From IMG/VR virus record IMGVR_UViG_3300036861_000225, positions 1 through 54,260 of that record: a stretch of 54,260 bases of DNA, one strand, 5' to 3'. Of this stretch, positions 1 through 8,637 are shown piece by piece. Source of the stretch: a virus (taxonomy: Duplodnaviria; Caudoviricetes). The notes under the pieces were generated by a model that searched no databases, was not told where the DNA came from, and saw only the letters and a list, made by a program, of their open reading frames with translations. The first letter of the stretch is position 1. Every line of letters starts with the position of its first letter. The translations under genes were made by a program, and so were the position numbers.

Positions 1-170
1 CGCGTCGCCGGACACCTGCGCGCCGCCGAACACCCGCGCGTCGCCGGACACCCACGCGCCGCCGAACACCCGCGCGTCGCCGGACACCTGCGCGCCGCCG
101 AACACCCGCGCGTCGCCGGACACCTGCGCGCCGCCGAACACCCGCGCGTCGCCGGACACCCACGCGCCGC
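1..170. repeat. 18-nt tandem repeat array encoding [VS/VF]G[D/G]A[R/Q/W] hexapeptides; 1..56 is identical to 54205..54260
   Basis: Direct comparison of both ends; units such as CGCGTCGCCGGACACCTG and CGCGCCGCCGAACACCCG. Confidence 0.95.
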
Positions 171-330
171 CAGAAGCTGAGAGGTTGATTTCCGCTTCGA
201 TGTACCCGCCAGCGTCACCAGGGACCACGCCCAGCGCAGCGATGGTGGTGAGCGCGCGGATGCGCTTTATGGTGCGGCCATTGGCGAGGGTGATCTCGTC
301 ACCAGGGATGAATTCGTATTTCGTGTTCAT
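1..330 (-). CDS. Hexapeptide-repeat (left-handed beta-helix-like) phage protein, 5' part; continues through the window junction into 53905..54260
   Basis: ATG at 330 preceded by AAGGA; reads MNTKYEFIPGDEITLANGRTIKRIRAL...GGYIEAEINLSASGGAWVSGDARVFGGAQV..., open to position 1. Confidence 0.85.
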   Translation of the reverse strand, partial: MNTKYEFIPGDEITLANGRTIKRIRALTTIAALGVVPGDAGGYIEAEINLSASGGAWVSGDARVFGGAQVSGDARVFGGAQVSGDARVFGGAWVSGDARVFGGAQVSGDA

Positions 331-345
331 TGCTTTTCCTTGGTT

Positions 346-367
346 GCCCCGGGCCGAAGCCCGGGGC
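346..367 (-). other. Perfect 9-bp hairpin with cUUCGg tetraloop (on - strand) between two early genes; no U-tract
   Basis: GCCCCGGGC-TTCG-GCCCGGGGC on - strand. Confidence 0.7.
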
Positions 368-378
368 GGTTGCAGTTG

Positions 379-1389
379 TCAGACAGTGGCGAGCAACTTC
401 TCGAAAGCTGCGGTCTTGAGGTCGTCGCCACCGTTGAACCACGCCGAGTTCAGGCGATGCGAATCGGTCTTCGCGGTGGCGTGGTGGTCAACGTATTCGG
501 TGACCGCATTGAGTAGGCCCCACGCGGTGCCATGCACCCCGGGCAGGCTGTCGCCCTTCGCGGCACCGGAGAACAGGCGCAGGATCTCGGCTTCGCCGCG
601 CGGGGCGCGTTCTTCCTTGGACTCCAGCACCTTGCCCATGAAATCGAACGAGGCAGGCGCCGCGGCTTCGGTGGGGCGCAGCAGTTGGCGCACGAACTGC
701 TCGGCACCGGCGCGGCTGATGCGGATCTGAGTCAGCGTGCGCGCTGCGTCGACCATCGAGGCGAAGGACTCTTGAGCGATGCCCAGAGATTGCTTGATCG
801 CGGCCGGGTTGAACACATTGCGGTGCGAGACCTTCACGGCCTTGCCCTTCTCGGCCATCGCCATCGTGAGCGTGTTGTTGCACACCACGCGCTCCATGAC
901 GAACTTGGCAGTCGTAGCGCTGGAGCCGTCGCAGCTCGTGGCGAGCAGCAGATAGCCGCCCACGAGGTCGCCGGTCACGATCTCGGCGCCTTCGCCGATC
1001 TTGGCGAGGGCCCAAAACTTCTTGCCACCGAACAGCGTGCCGGCCGTGGAGAGCTCGAACCCGGCGCCCTCGGTCAGGTCACGGAAAAACTCCAGCACCT
1101 GCGCGGGCTGCACGGTCTTGTACTTGGCGCTCACGAGGCCCAAGGCTTCCTTCGTGTCGCTGCGGAACAGGACGTGTTGATCGGGCATTTCGATCTGCGT
1201 CGCGCCTTCGCGGTCAGCGAAGTAGCGCACCTTGCTGCGCTGGATCTTCCAATCCATGCCAGCAGCGGCCTGCCACGCTTCGATGGGCGAACCAGCGTTG
1301 AGTTGCTGGCCGAGTCCGTGCCAGGGCTTGTCGCCCGTGTAGGCCATTTCGGCGGTTTGATTGGCGCGGATGGTGAGTTCGTGAGCCAT
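379..1389 (-). CDS. DUF932-family phage/plasmid protein
   Basis: MAHEL...MAYTGDKPWHGLG N-terminus, TAGTLFGGKKFWALA, RVVCNNTL and GTAWGLLNAVTEYVDH motifs. Confidence 0.9.
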   Translation of the reverse strand: MAHELTIRANQTAEMAYTGDKPWHGLGQQLNAGSPIEAWQAAAGMDWKIQRSKVRYFADREGATQIEMPDQHVLFRSDTKEALGLVSAKYKTVQPAQVLEFFRDLTEGAGFELSTAGTLFGGKKFWALAKIGEGAEIVTGDLVGGYLLLATSCDGSSATTAKFVMERVVCNNTLTMAMAEKGKAVKVSHRNVFNPAAIKQSLGIAQESFASMVDAARTLTQIRISRAGAEQFVRQLLRPTEAAAPASFDFMGKVLESKEERAPRGEAEILRLFSGAAKGDSLPGVHGTAWGLLNAVTEYVDHHATAKTDSHRLNSAWFNGGDDLKTAAFEKLLATV

Positions 1390-1474
1390 GATGTGCTGCC
1401 TTTCGAGGTAGGGTTAATGGCGATCGGTGCGGGATTGCACCCACGAGCCCCGCACGCGGGGCAGGTGGCTGGAA

Positions 1475-1576
1475 TCAGGGGCGCAGTGCGCGGGTAGTTG
1501 TCCAGTTGCGGGCGATACCGTACAGCCAAAGCGCGAGCTCGATGTTTACGGTGGCGAGGATGATCAGTGCGTCCAT
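1475..1576 (-). CDS. Small hydrophobic protein, 33 aa (MDALIILATVNIELALWLYGIARNW...)
   Basis: Read manually; AGGAG SD, and the same 16-nt initiation region as the gene starting at 1780. Confidence 0.6.
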   Translation of the reverse strand: MDALIILATVNIELALWLYGIARNWTTTRALRP

Positions 1577-1588
1577 GTCGTTTGCTCC

Positions 1589-1780
1589 TTAGGCTTGCGC
1601 GCCAGACAGGACGCTAACCAGCGTCAAAGGATCGTACGAAGCCACGATGCGGCCCTGCTCGTCATACAACACAACGAACGTGTCGCCGCTGTCGTAGTAC
1701 TTGGCGCCGTAGTCGACAGCATCGGCGAAGGACTCGCGGACCAGTTGCCCATGAGTGTCGATGTAGGTTACGCGGATCAT
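1589..1780 (-). CDS. Hypothetical early protein, 63 aa
   Basis: AGGAG SD, first gene after the leftward promoter. Confidence 0.75.
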   Translation of the reverse strand: MIRVTYIDTHGQLVRESFADAVDYGAKYYDSGDTFVVLYDEQGRIVASYDPLTLVSVLSGAQA

Positions 1781-1826
1781 GTCGTTTGCTCCTGTCTGCG
1801 TTTGAACGTGCTTAACTCTTGGATGA

Positions 1827-1856
1827 ACTATAGCAAGTGATACTTGTTAGTGCTCA
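1827..1856 (-). promoter_or_regulatory. Leftward sigma70-type promoter with extended -10
   Basis: TG-C-TATAGT on - strand at 1835..1827 in an AT-rich divergent intergenic region. Confidence 0.6.
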
Positions 1857-1950
1857 TTCACATGCGAGAATTTTCAGACAGAAAGGCTATGAAAGGTTGC
1901 AGCTTTATGCATCTGAAAACTTCTGATCTGACCCTTTTATCCAGGGGAAG

Positions 1951-1987
1951 TTGGCGTTCGCTCTCCCAAACTGCTACATTTCCCGCC
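1951..1987 (+). promoter_or_regulatory. Sigma70-type promoter giving a probable leaderless mRNA
   Basis: TTGGCG-18 nt-TACATT, 7 nt, then ATG at 1988; no SD. Confidence 0.6.
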
Positions 1988-2293
1988 ATGTCCACGAACC
2001 TAATCCGACTCGAAAGTGACGACCCGCACACTGCGGGCGTGCTCATTCGCTTCGATTCGGGCGCTGCAAAGACAGTCTCATGGCGCGCGGATCAGGTGAT
2101 CTCGCCCGCGCTCGACGCCGCGAAGGAGTACACCGCAGCAGTCATCGATGCCCTGGTGAAAGAGAACCGCGAGGCCGACGTGCGCAACACGAATTGGGTG
2201 AGCGTGACGGCCGCAATGCACAAGTGCATCCGCGATTTCAACGGCAAGCTGCACGCACTGGAGAACGAGCGTCATGCCGCGACTCTCCAATGA
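1988..2293 (+). CDS. Hypothetical protein (MSTNLIRLES...)
   Basis: In-frame ATG in ORF 1844..2293 right after the promoter; overlaps the TerS start. Confidence 0.7.
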   Translation: MSTNLIRLESDDPHTAGVLIRFDSGAAKTVSWRADQVISPALDAAKEYTAAVIDALVKENREADVRNTNWVSVTAAMHKCIRDFNGKLHALENERHAATLQ

Positions 2294-2834
2294 GGCGCAC
2301 GAGACCTTCGCCCAGCACTTCGTGCAGTGGCGCCACTTCGGCAAGGCAGCCGAAGCGGCAGGCAGCACCGCGGAGAACCTGTCGAGCGCGGGGATCTCGC
2401 TGTACGAGCGCCCCGACGTTTACGCACGTGTCCAAGAGCTGACGGAGCAAAAGCTCAAGCCTTTGAAGATGGACAGCGCGCGGTTGATGACCGAGATCGG
2501 CCGTATGTCCACGGTCGACTATGCGAGTTTCTATCACCCGGATGGCAGTCAGAAGGCACCGCACGAGTTGACGCCAGCGCAGAGCGCGTGCGTGCGTGGC
2601 ACTGACCGCAGTGGCCGCTATCAGTTCTGGGACAAGATCGCGCCAGTCACGATCCTCGCGAAGCACTTCAAGATCATTGGCGAGGAAGGCGACGGCGTGA
2701 ACGCTCTCGCGTCCGCGCTCGCGAATCGTCTGGACAGCGCGCGGCGCCGCATCGAGCCGGGAGAGCCCGAGCCCGTGCGCGTGGTCGACTCGTCTGAGCC
2801 CGAACCACAACCCGAAGAGGAACAGCTGTGGTGA
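2274..2834 (+). CDS. terS: Terminase small subunit
   Basis: N-terminal HTH pattern (ETFAQHFV...KAAEAAG...LYERPDVYARVQEL); upstream of TerL. Confidence 0.8.
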   Translation: MPRLSNEAHETFAQHFVQWRHFGKAAEAAGSTAENLSSAGISLYERPDVYARVQELTEQKLKPLKMDSARLMTEIGRMSTVDYASFYHPDGSQKAPHELTPAQSACVRGTDRSGRYQFWDKIAPVTILAKHFKIIGEEGDGVNALASALANRLDSARRRIEPGEPEPVRVVDSSEPEPQPEEEQLW

Positions 2835-2983
2835 CCAAAGCGCAATTCGAGCGCTCGCGCTTCGATGTCGAGCCCTTGGGCTCGAAGGAAGGCGACAAGC
2901 GCGACACGGCCGCGGACAAGCGCCAGCTTGCCGCGATGAAGAAGGCAACCGGCCGCACGCCGCGGCGAAAGGCAAAGCGATGA
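2831..2983 (+). CDS. Small basic protein, 50 aa (MTKAQFERSRFDVEP...)
   Basis: GTGA and ATGA overlaps with both neighbours. Confidence 0.65.
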   Translation: MTKAQFERSRFDVEPLGSKEGDKRDTAADKRQLAAMKKATGRTPRRKAKR

Positions 2984-3255
2984 ACAACGCAGGCAACAGC
3001 ACGCACAAGGCGCGCGCCATCGATCCCAAGCAGTTCCGCAACCTCGCGACGGGCATCGGCCAATGCTCGGCCGAGAGCGAGCTCACGGGCGCGCGCCGCG
3101 CCCAGCGAGCCGCGGATTGCGCACCGGCCGCGCAGCGCGCGGTGCTCGACCCGAGCTACCCGAGCCCGGGCGAGCAGGCGAAGCGCTGGACCCCGGCGCC
3201 GGCGCAGGAGATCGCCACTCCGGTCGTGATCGTGCCGGCAAAGGGTCGCGGGTGA
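2980..3255 (+). CDS. Hypothetical protein, 91 aa
   Basis: ATGA coupling; fills the operon. Confidence 0.65.
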   Translation: MNNAGNSTHKARAIDPKQFRNLATGIGQCSAESELTGARRAQRAADCAPAAQRAVLDPSYPSPGEQAKRWTPAPAQEIATPVVIVPAKGRG

Positions 3256-3259
3256 GCGT

Positions 3260-3778
3260 ATGACCGAAGCCGAAGCGCTCACCGCGATCGACAAGGCGGC
3301 CGAGCACGCAGCTTCGGCTTTCCGGCGCGCGGGAGGCTTCGCGCCCGTGCACTTGAGCTGGCAGGATCTGCGACAGGCCGCGCGCCTTGCCGCGATCATG
3401 GCTATGCAGCGCGCGGACACGAGCTACACCCCGAACGAGCGCGAAGCCTACCTTGCGCGCTGCGCGCTCGGCGGCATCCAGGATGCGTGCTGGCGCACGC
3501 GGGCCGCGGGCCGCGCGCTCAACGCAGCGGGGCCAGCAACTGAGCTGACCGAGCCGGCGCACTGGGACACGCCCGAGAGCTGGGCCATCGTGGCGCAAGC
3601 CTGCGAAGCAATCGCCGCGATGCCGCATCCATTCCCGCTGATCGTCCGGCTGACCCTGACCGGCGCCACGTCCAGCGAGATCGCGAAGGCGCTCAACCTG
3701 ACCACGGGCCGCATCGCGCAGCTGCGCGGCGAACTCGCGGGCAAGCTCAACAAGTACCTGAAAGGGATTCCGACATGA
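3260..3778 (+). CDS. Sigma70-family (FliA/ECF-like) minimal sigma factor, regions 2 and 4
   Basis: Region 2-like QDLRQAARLAAIMAMQRAD...EAYLARCALGGIQD; region 4 HTH SEIAKALNLTTGRIAQL. Confidence 0.7.
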   Translation: MTEAEALTAIDKAAEHAASAFRRAGGFAPVHLSWQDLRQAARLAAIMAMQRADTSYTPNEREAYLARCALGGIQDACWRTRAAGRALNAAGPATELTEPAHWDTPESWAIVAQACEAIAAMPHPFPLIVRLTLTGATSSEIAKALNLTTGRIAQLRGELAGKLNKYLKGIPT

Positions 3779-4194
3779 AGACCGCTGCCAGACTGGCGCT
3801 CTCGTGCATCCTCGCGCTGCTTGCGCTGAGCCTGCTGGTGCTGGGTCTTCAGGTGCGGGCCGCGCTCGCTGCCACGAACACCGACGCGCCGCCGCTGTGT
3901 CTGCCGGCGCCAATCGGTGCGGGCGGCGTGGCGCGCGTGGGCGTGTCGGCCAACGGGCAATGGATCTGGTGGGCGTGCCGACGAGCTGACAACTCGGTAC
4001 AGATGGTCCGCTACCTTGGCACGCGAGCCGTGACACTGCGCGCGGTCGGCGACAGGTTCGACACGATCTTGCGCAGCAGCGACCCGCTCGCCGCGGCACA
4101 GACCGCGCACCGGCGCTACGCCACTGTGTCGGCCACCGACCCCTCGCTCGCAGCTGTGTACGCCGACTACATCGCGAGCCTGAGCCTGCCCTGA
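3775..4194 (+). CDS. Exported or membrane-anchored protein, 139 aa
   Basis: Basic N-terminus plus long hydrophobic helix; overlaps both neighbours. Confidence 0.65.
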   Translation: MKTAARLALSCILALLALSLLVLGLQVRAALAATNTDAPPLCLPAPIGAGGVARVGVSANGQWIWWACRRADNSVQMVRYLGTRAVTLRAVGDRFDTILRSSDPLAAAQTAHRRYATVSATDPSLAAVYADYIASLSLP

Positions 4195-5837
4195 TGGCCT
4201 ACGGTCCCCGCAAGGCAGCCAAGGCGAAAGCCTTTCCGGTGCTGCACGATCTGTCGGCCTACGCGAATCCTCCCCGCAAGCCCGGCACGAACCTGCGGCC
4301 GCTGCCCGAGTCCGCGCGCATCCCGGTGCGCATGGTCGACGCTGGTAACACGTTCGCGAAGCTGACACCGCTGGATGAGCTTTTTGACAAGCTCGCCAGC
4401 TACACGTACGACCCGCTCGGTTTCGTGCTGTGGGCGTTCCCGTGGGGCGAAGAGGGCACGTCGCTTGCCGACATGGTGGGCCCCGAGCCGTGGCAACGTG
4501 ACCAGCTCACGCGCATCGGCCAGCGGCTGCGCGAGGGCGGCGCCGACATCAGTGACGTCATCGAGGAAGACATCAGCAGCGGCCACGGCATCGGCAAGTC
4601 AGCCGAAGTCGCGTGGCTCATCCTCTGGGCGATCAGCACGCACGCCGACACCCGCGGCGTGGTAACCGCGAACACTGACACGCAGCTACGCACGAAGACG
4701 TGGGCCGAGTTGGGCAAGTGGTACCAGCTGTTCATCGGCAAGTCCATGTTCAAGTTCTCGGCCACGAGCATCACCATCGCGAACGACCCCGTGCGAGAGA
4801 AGTCGTGGCGGATCGATGCGATCCCCTGGAGCGCGGAGAACACCGAAGGCTTCGCCGGCTTGCACAACCAGGGCCGGCGCATCCTCGTGGTCTTCGACGA
4901 GGCAAGCTCGATCGATGACGCGATCTGGGAAGTGACCGAGGGCGCGCTCACCGACGCCAAGACGCAGATCATCTGGTGCCGATTCGGCAACCCCACCCGG
5001 ACCTCGGGGCAGTTCTTTCGGCGCTGCACGCAGCCCAAGCGCAACCACTACACCCGCGTGGACAGCCGCACCGTCAGCTTCACCAACAAGGGCCAGATCG
5101 CGGCGTGGGTGGACGACTACGGCGAGGACAGTGACTTCGTGCGCGTGCGCGTCAAGGGCCAGTTCCCCCGCGCCGGCTATGCGAACTTCATCAGCCCGGA
5201 ACAGGTCTTCAGCGCGCGCCGGCGCCGCGTGCCGCTCGTGACGTATCAGGCCTATCAGAAGGTGATCGCCGTGGACCCGGCGCGCTTCGGCGATGACTTC
5301 AGCGTCGTCACGTGCCGGCAAGGGCTCAAGGTGCATTGGCAAGTCGCGATTGGCGGGTTCGACGGCGTGGACCTTGCCGGCCGCGTGGCCGAGTTCGCGC
5401 GCAGCGAGACCGGGCGCATCAACTGCATCGTGTACGACGCGATCGGCAACGGCGCAGACTTCGACAGCGCGATCAAGCGCGTACCGAACCTGAACATCCC
5501 CTTGATCCCGGTCATGTGGGGCCAGCCCGCGAAGGACGACAAGCAGTACTTCAACCAGCGCAGCGAGTGTTGGGGGCGAATGCGCGACTGGCTCGACGAG
5601 GGCGAGATCCCGGACGAGGACACGCTCGCCGACGAGCTCGTGTCCCTGGACTACGGCTATGACGGCAAGTTCCGGATTCAACTTCAGAGCAAGAAGGACA
5701 TCAAGAAGAACGGCGGCAAGTCGCCCGACCGAGCCGATAGCCTCGCGCTCTCGTTCGTGCCAGACCTGATCGACCGCAGGGTCACGACAGCGCGCGCCCG
5801 GCCCGTCACCCGGCGCACCGTGGTCTGGAGCCGGTAG
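4194..5837 (+). CDS. terL: Terminase large subunit (epsilon15/phiV10-like type)
   Basis: Walker A SGHGIGKS, Walker B VVFDEAS, GNPT coupling motif, RNase H-like VDPARFGDD and SPDRADSLAL. Confidence 0.97.
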   Translation: MAYGPRKAAKAKAFPVLHDLSAYANPPRKPGTNLRPLPESARIPVRMVDAGNTFAKLTPLDELFDKLASYTYDPLGFVLWAFPWGEEGTSLADMVGPEPWQRDQLTRIGQRLREGGADISDVIEEDISSGHGIGKSAEVAWLILWAISTHADTRGVVTANTDTQLRTKTWAELGKWYQLFIGKSMFKFSATSITIANDPVREKSWRIDAIPWSAENTEGFAGLHNQGRRILVVFDEASSIDDAIWEVTEGALTDAKTQIIWCRFGNPTRTSGQFFRRCTQPKRNHYTRVDSRTVSFTNKGQIAAWVDDYGEDSDFVRVRVKGQFPRAGYANFISPEQVFSARRRRVPLVTYQAYQKVIAVDPARFGDDFSVVTCRQGLKVHWQVAIGGFDGVDLAGRVAEFARSETGRINCIVYDAIGNGADFDSAIKRVPNLNIPLIPVMWGQPAKDDKQYFNQRSECWGRMRDWLDEGEIPDEDTLADELVSLDYGYDGKFRIQLQSKKDIKKNGGKSPDRADSLALSFVPDLIDRRVTTARARPVTRRTVVWSR

Positions 5838-5847
5838 CGGAGCGCAC

Positions 5848-6027
5848 ATGGACCTGCCCACGGCTCAACAGTGGTGGCGCGGGCTCTTCGATTCGCAGCG
5901 CGCGTTTGTGCTCGCGGTCCTGACCGGCGACCCGGCGCCCGCGCCCAAAGGCCCGTCCGACGCCTTCGTGTTCTACGCCTACCGGGCGCGCCACTGGCCG
6001 GCGCAAGAGGGCTGGCCGAAGAGGTGA
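5848..6027 (+). CDS. Hypothetical protein, 59 aa (MDLPTAQQWW...)
   Basis: Read manually; GGAG SD; fills the TerL-portal gap. Confidence 0.55.
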   Translation: MDLPTAQQWWRGLFDSQRAFVLAVLTGDPAPAPKGPSDAFVFYAYRARHWPAQEGWPKR

Positions 6028-6039
6028 GGGCGGGCTTTC

Positions 6040-6076
6040 TTGTGCCTGAGCGAGTGCTCGCTTACACTCCCGCTTC
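6040..6076 (+). promoter_or_regulatory. Leaderless promoter of portal with operator-like palindrome
   Basis: TTGTGC-17-TACACT, 8 nt, ATG 6077; GAGC-GAGT-GCTC at 6048..6059. Confidence 0.65.
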
Positions 6077-8278
6077 ATGGCTAACCCGCTCGTCCGCCAG
6101 CTTGGGCTACAGGCAATCCTTCACCGCGACGCCGCGGCTGCGCCCGAGCCGCAGGCGATCGACGAGACAAGCAGCATGTCGGCGCTCGCGAGCCACGTGC
6201 GCGCGGCGTGGGGCCGGAACAAGCTCAGCAAGGAGCGCGTCAGCCTGAAGTTGCTCGACTGCCTGCGCGCGCGCCGCGGCGTCTACAGCCCGGCGCAGCT
6301 CCAGCAGATGATGAGCAACGGCGGGGGCATGAACATCGTTTGGGCCGACCTGACCGAGACCAAGTGCCGCGCCGCGTCGGCGTGGATTCGGGAGATCGTG
6401 CTGCCCGTGGGCGAACAGCCGTGGGGCATCGACCCGACTCCGCTGCCTGACCTGCCGATGCAGCTCAAGAAGTCCATCGTCACCAAGGCGCTGGAGCAGG
6501 CCAAGCAGACCATGATCCAGGCGGCGCAGGCCAGTGCCCCGCAGGAGCCGGACCCGAACGCGCCGCCCGGCGCCCCGCCGCCTCCGAGCCCAACCACGAT
6601 GACGCCGGGCGAGTTCCGTGATCTCGTGCTCCAGCTCGGCGAGAAGCTGCGCGACGAGGCCGAGCGCACCGTGAAGAAGATCGCGGCCACGCGCGCCAAG
6701 CGCATGGAAAAGCAGATCGCGGATCGGCTCGCGCAGGGCGGCTACGCGCAGGCGATGGATGCGTTCGTGGAGGACTTCTGCACCTACCCCGCAGCCATCC
6801 TCAAGGGGCCGATCTACACGCGCCACAAGGCGCTGAAGTGGGCGGACGGGTGGAACCCCGAGGTGTCGAACAACCCGGCGCAGACGTGGAGTCACGTCAG
6901 CCCGTTCGACGCCTATCCGGCCGCCGCGAGCCGCAGCCCACAGGAAGGCGACTTCATCGAGCGCATTCGCTTCCGCCGCGACGAACTGTTCGACCTCAAG
7001 GGCTTGCCCGACTACAAGGACGAGCAGATCGACGAGGCGCTGCGCGACTACTCGGGCGGCCACCTCGAGGGCTGGCTGTGGACCGAGGCCGAACGGCAGC
7101 GGCTGGAGCAGGAGACCATGTACATGTGGCTCTCCCCGCCGGGCGTGATCGACGCGCTCAACTACTGGGGCGGCGTGCCCGGCTGGAAGCTCAAGAGCTG
7201 GGGCGTGCAAGGCAACGCGAAGACGGGCGAGCTCGAAGACACCCGCGACTACGAGTGCAATGTGCTCATCTGCGGCAAGTACATCCTGTACGCGGCGCTG
7301 AACCCGGATCCGCTCGACCAGCGCCCGTACCGCAAGGCGTGCTACGACGAGATCCCCGGCGCCTTCTGGGGCCGCAGCATCCCCGATCTCGCGGGCACGC
7401 ACCAGAAAATGTGCAATGGCATCGCCTGCGCGCTGGCCGACAACCTCGCGATGGCGAGCGGGCCGATGGTGTGGGTGCACGCCGATCGCTTCGCCGATGG
7501 TGAGAGCACGATCGACATTTTCCCGTGGAAGACGTGGCAACTGAAGAGCGATCCGACGCAGGGCGCGAATCCCGGCATCGGCTTCTTCCAGGCGGACGAC
7601 CGCAGCGGCCCCCTGATGGCGACCTACGAGCAGTGGGAGCGCCGCGCGGACGACGCGACGGGCATCCCGCGCTACACCTACGGCAACGAGCAGGCCGGCG
7701 GCAGTGCCGACACGGCCACCGGCCTGAGCATGCTGATGAACAACGCAGCGAAAGGGCTGCGCCGCGCGATCTCGAACATCGACATCAACGTGATCGCGCC
7801 GACGATCGAGCAGACGTTCACCAACGAGATGCTCTACAACCCAGACGACTCGATCAAGGGCGACTGCATCACCGTGCCGCGCGGCGCCGCGGCGATCCTG
7901 ATCAAGGAATCGGCGCAGCAGCGGCGCACGCAGTTCCTCGGGATGACGGGCAACCCGATCGACATGCAGATCATCGGGCTCAAGGGCCGCGCGGCGTTGC
8001 TGCGCGAGACCGCAAGCGCGATGGAGCTGCCGGTCGACGAGATCGTGCCGTCCGAAGAGGAAATGGAAAAGAAGGAAGCCGAGCAGGCTCAGCAGGCTCA
8101 GCAAGCCCAGCAGGCCCAAGCGCAGGGCATGCAGGCGAACGAGCAGGCCATCGCGCAGCGCGAGTCGCAGGGCCGGCAAGAGGCGCTGATCGCCGACATC
8201 GTGAAGCAGGTGATCGCCGCGCAAGCGAAGCCGCAGCCGGCCGCTGCTGCGCCGCAGCGCCAACTCGCCGCTGCTTGA
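6077..8278 (+). CDS. Portal protein (podovirus type, 733 aa)
   Basis: Position after TerL; FWGRSIPDL, ADNLAMASGP, TATGLSMLMNNA motifs; Q/A-rich C-terminal coiled coil. Confidence 0.9.
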   Translation: MANPLVRQLGLQAILHRDAAAAPEPQAIDETSSMSALASHVRAAWGRNKLSKERVSLKLLDCLRARRGVYSPAQLQQMMSNGGGMNIVWADLTETKCRAASAWIREIVLPVGEQPWGIDPTPLPDLPMQLKKSIVTKALEQAKQTMIQAAQASAPQEPDPNAPPGAPPPPSPTTMTPGEFRDLVLQLGEKLRDEAERTVKKIAATRAKRMEKQIADRLAQGGYAQAMDAFVEDFCTYPAAILKGPIYTRHKALKWADGWNPEVSNNPAQTWSHVSPFDAYPAAASRSPQEGDFIERIRFRRDELFDLKGLPDYKDEQIDEALRDYSGGHLEGWLWTEAERQRLEQETMYMWLSPPGVIDALNYWGGVPGWKLKSWGVQGNAKTGELEDTRDYECNVLICGKYILYAALNPDPLDQRPYRKACYDEIPGAFWGRSIPDLAGTHQKMCNGIACALADNLAMASGPMVWVHADRFADGESTIDIFPWKTWQLKSDPTQGANPGIGFFQADDRSGPLMATYEQWERRADDATGIPRYTYGNEQAGGSADTATGLSMLMNNAAKGLRRAISNIDINVIAPTIEQTFTNEMLYNPDDSIKGDCITVPRGAAAILIKESAQQRRTQFLGMTGNPIDMQIIGLKGRAALLRETASAMELPVDEIVPSEEEMEKKEAEQAQQAQQAQQAQAQGMQANEQAIAQRESQGRQEALIADIVKQVIAAQAKPQPAAAAPQRQLAAA

Positions 8279-8311
8279 CGGTGAGCGTGCGCTCACGTTA
8301 CAGTCGCCCGC
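8275..8311 (+). promoter_or_regulatory. Leaderless promoter with perfect palindrome in spacer
   Basis: TTGACG-18-TACAGT, 7 nt, ATG 8312; GTGAGCG-TG-CGCTCAC at 8281..8296. Confidence 0.75.
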
Positions 8312-8584
8312 ATGCGGTTGAGTGAGCCCCAACTCCTGTTCTTGGCGCGATTCGCGAAGTCGCCCGAAGGGAAGGAATTCACCGATCTGCTGCGAGCCGA
8401 GCTCGCCGAAGTGGAGAAGGCATTGCGCACCCAGACCGGGGAAGAGCTGTACCGGCAACAAGGGCACGCGCAGCGGCTGGACAAGCTGATTGCCGACATC
8501 ACCGACGCGAGCGCCAAGCTCACCCGCAACCAGTCAGCGATGACGCCTCGACGGTTTGCGTTCACTGACGGACCCGCCCTGTAG
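8312..8584 (+). CDS. Small helical head-module protein between portal and scaffold
   Basis: 90 aa with LYRQQG motif typical of the small gene at this position. Confidence 0.75.
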   Translation: MRLSEPQLLFLARFAKSPEGKEFTDLLRAELAEVEKALRTQTGEELYRQQGHAQRLDKLIADITDASAKLTRNQSAMTPRRFAFTDGPAL

Positions 8585-8637
8585 GCATCCGCGAAAACCC
8601 GATTCCCAGACAAGAACCCTGGATCGCGGAGACCCAA

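Noticed and set aside
1-170. CRISPR array
   Set aside because: 18-nt units are contiguous with no unique spacers and are in-frame coding repeats
1418-1446. tRNA 3'-half-like sequence on the - strand (GTGGGTGCAATCCCGC-ACCGATC-G-CCA)
   Set aside because: Non-canonical T-loop and no matching 5' acceptor strand or anticodon arm; at most a relic among nearby hairpins
8281-8296. lac operator (resembles the GTGAGC...GCTCAC core)
   Set aside because: Different spacing, lacks the AATT flanks, and belongs to a phage-wide motif family; no sign of vector contamination
6107-8467. Long antisense ORFs (e.g. 6107..8467, 16432..17808, 43039..44268, 46629..48050)
   Set aside because: Shadow frames of GC-rich genes with strong codon bias; no motifs or initiation signals
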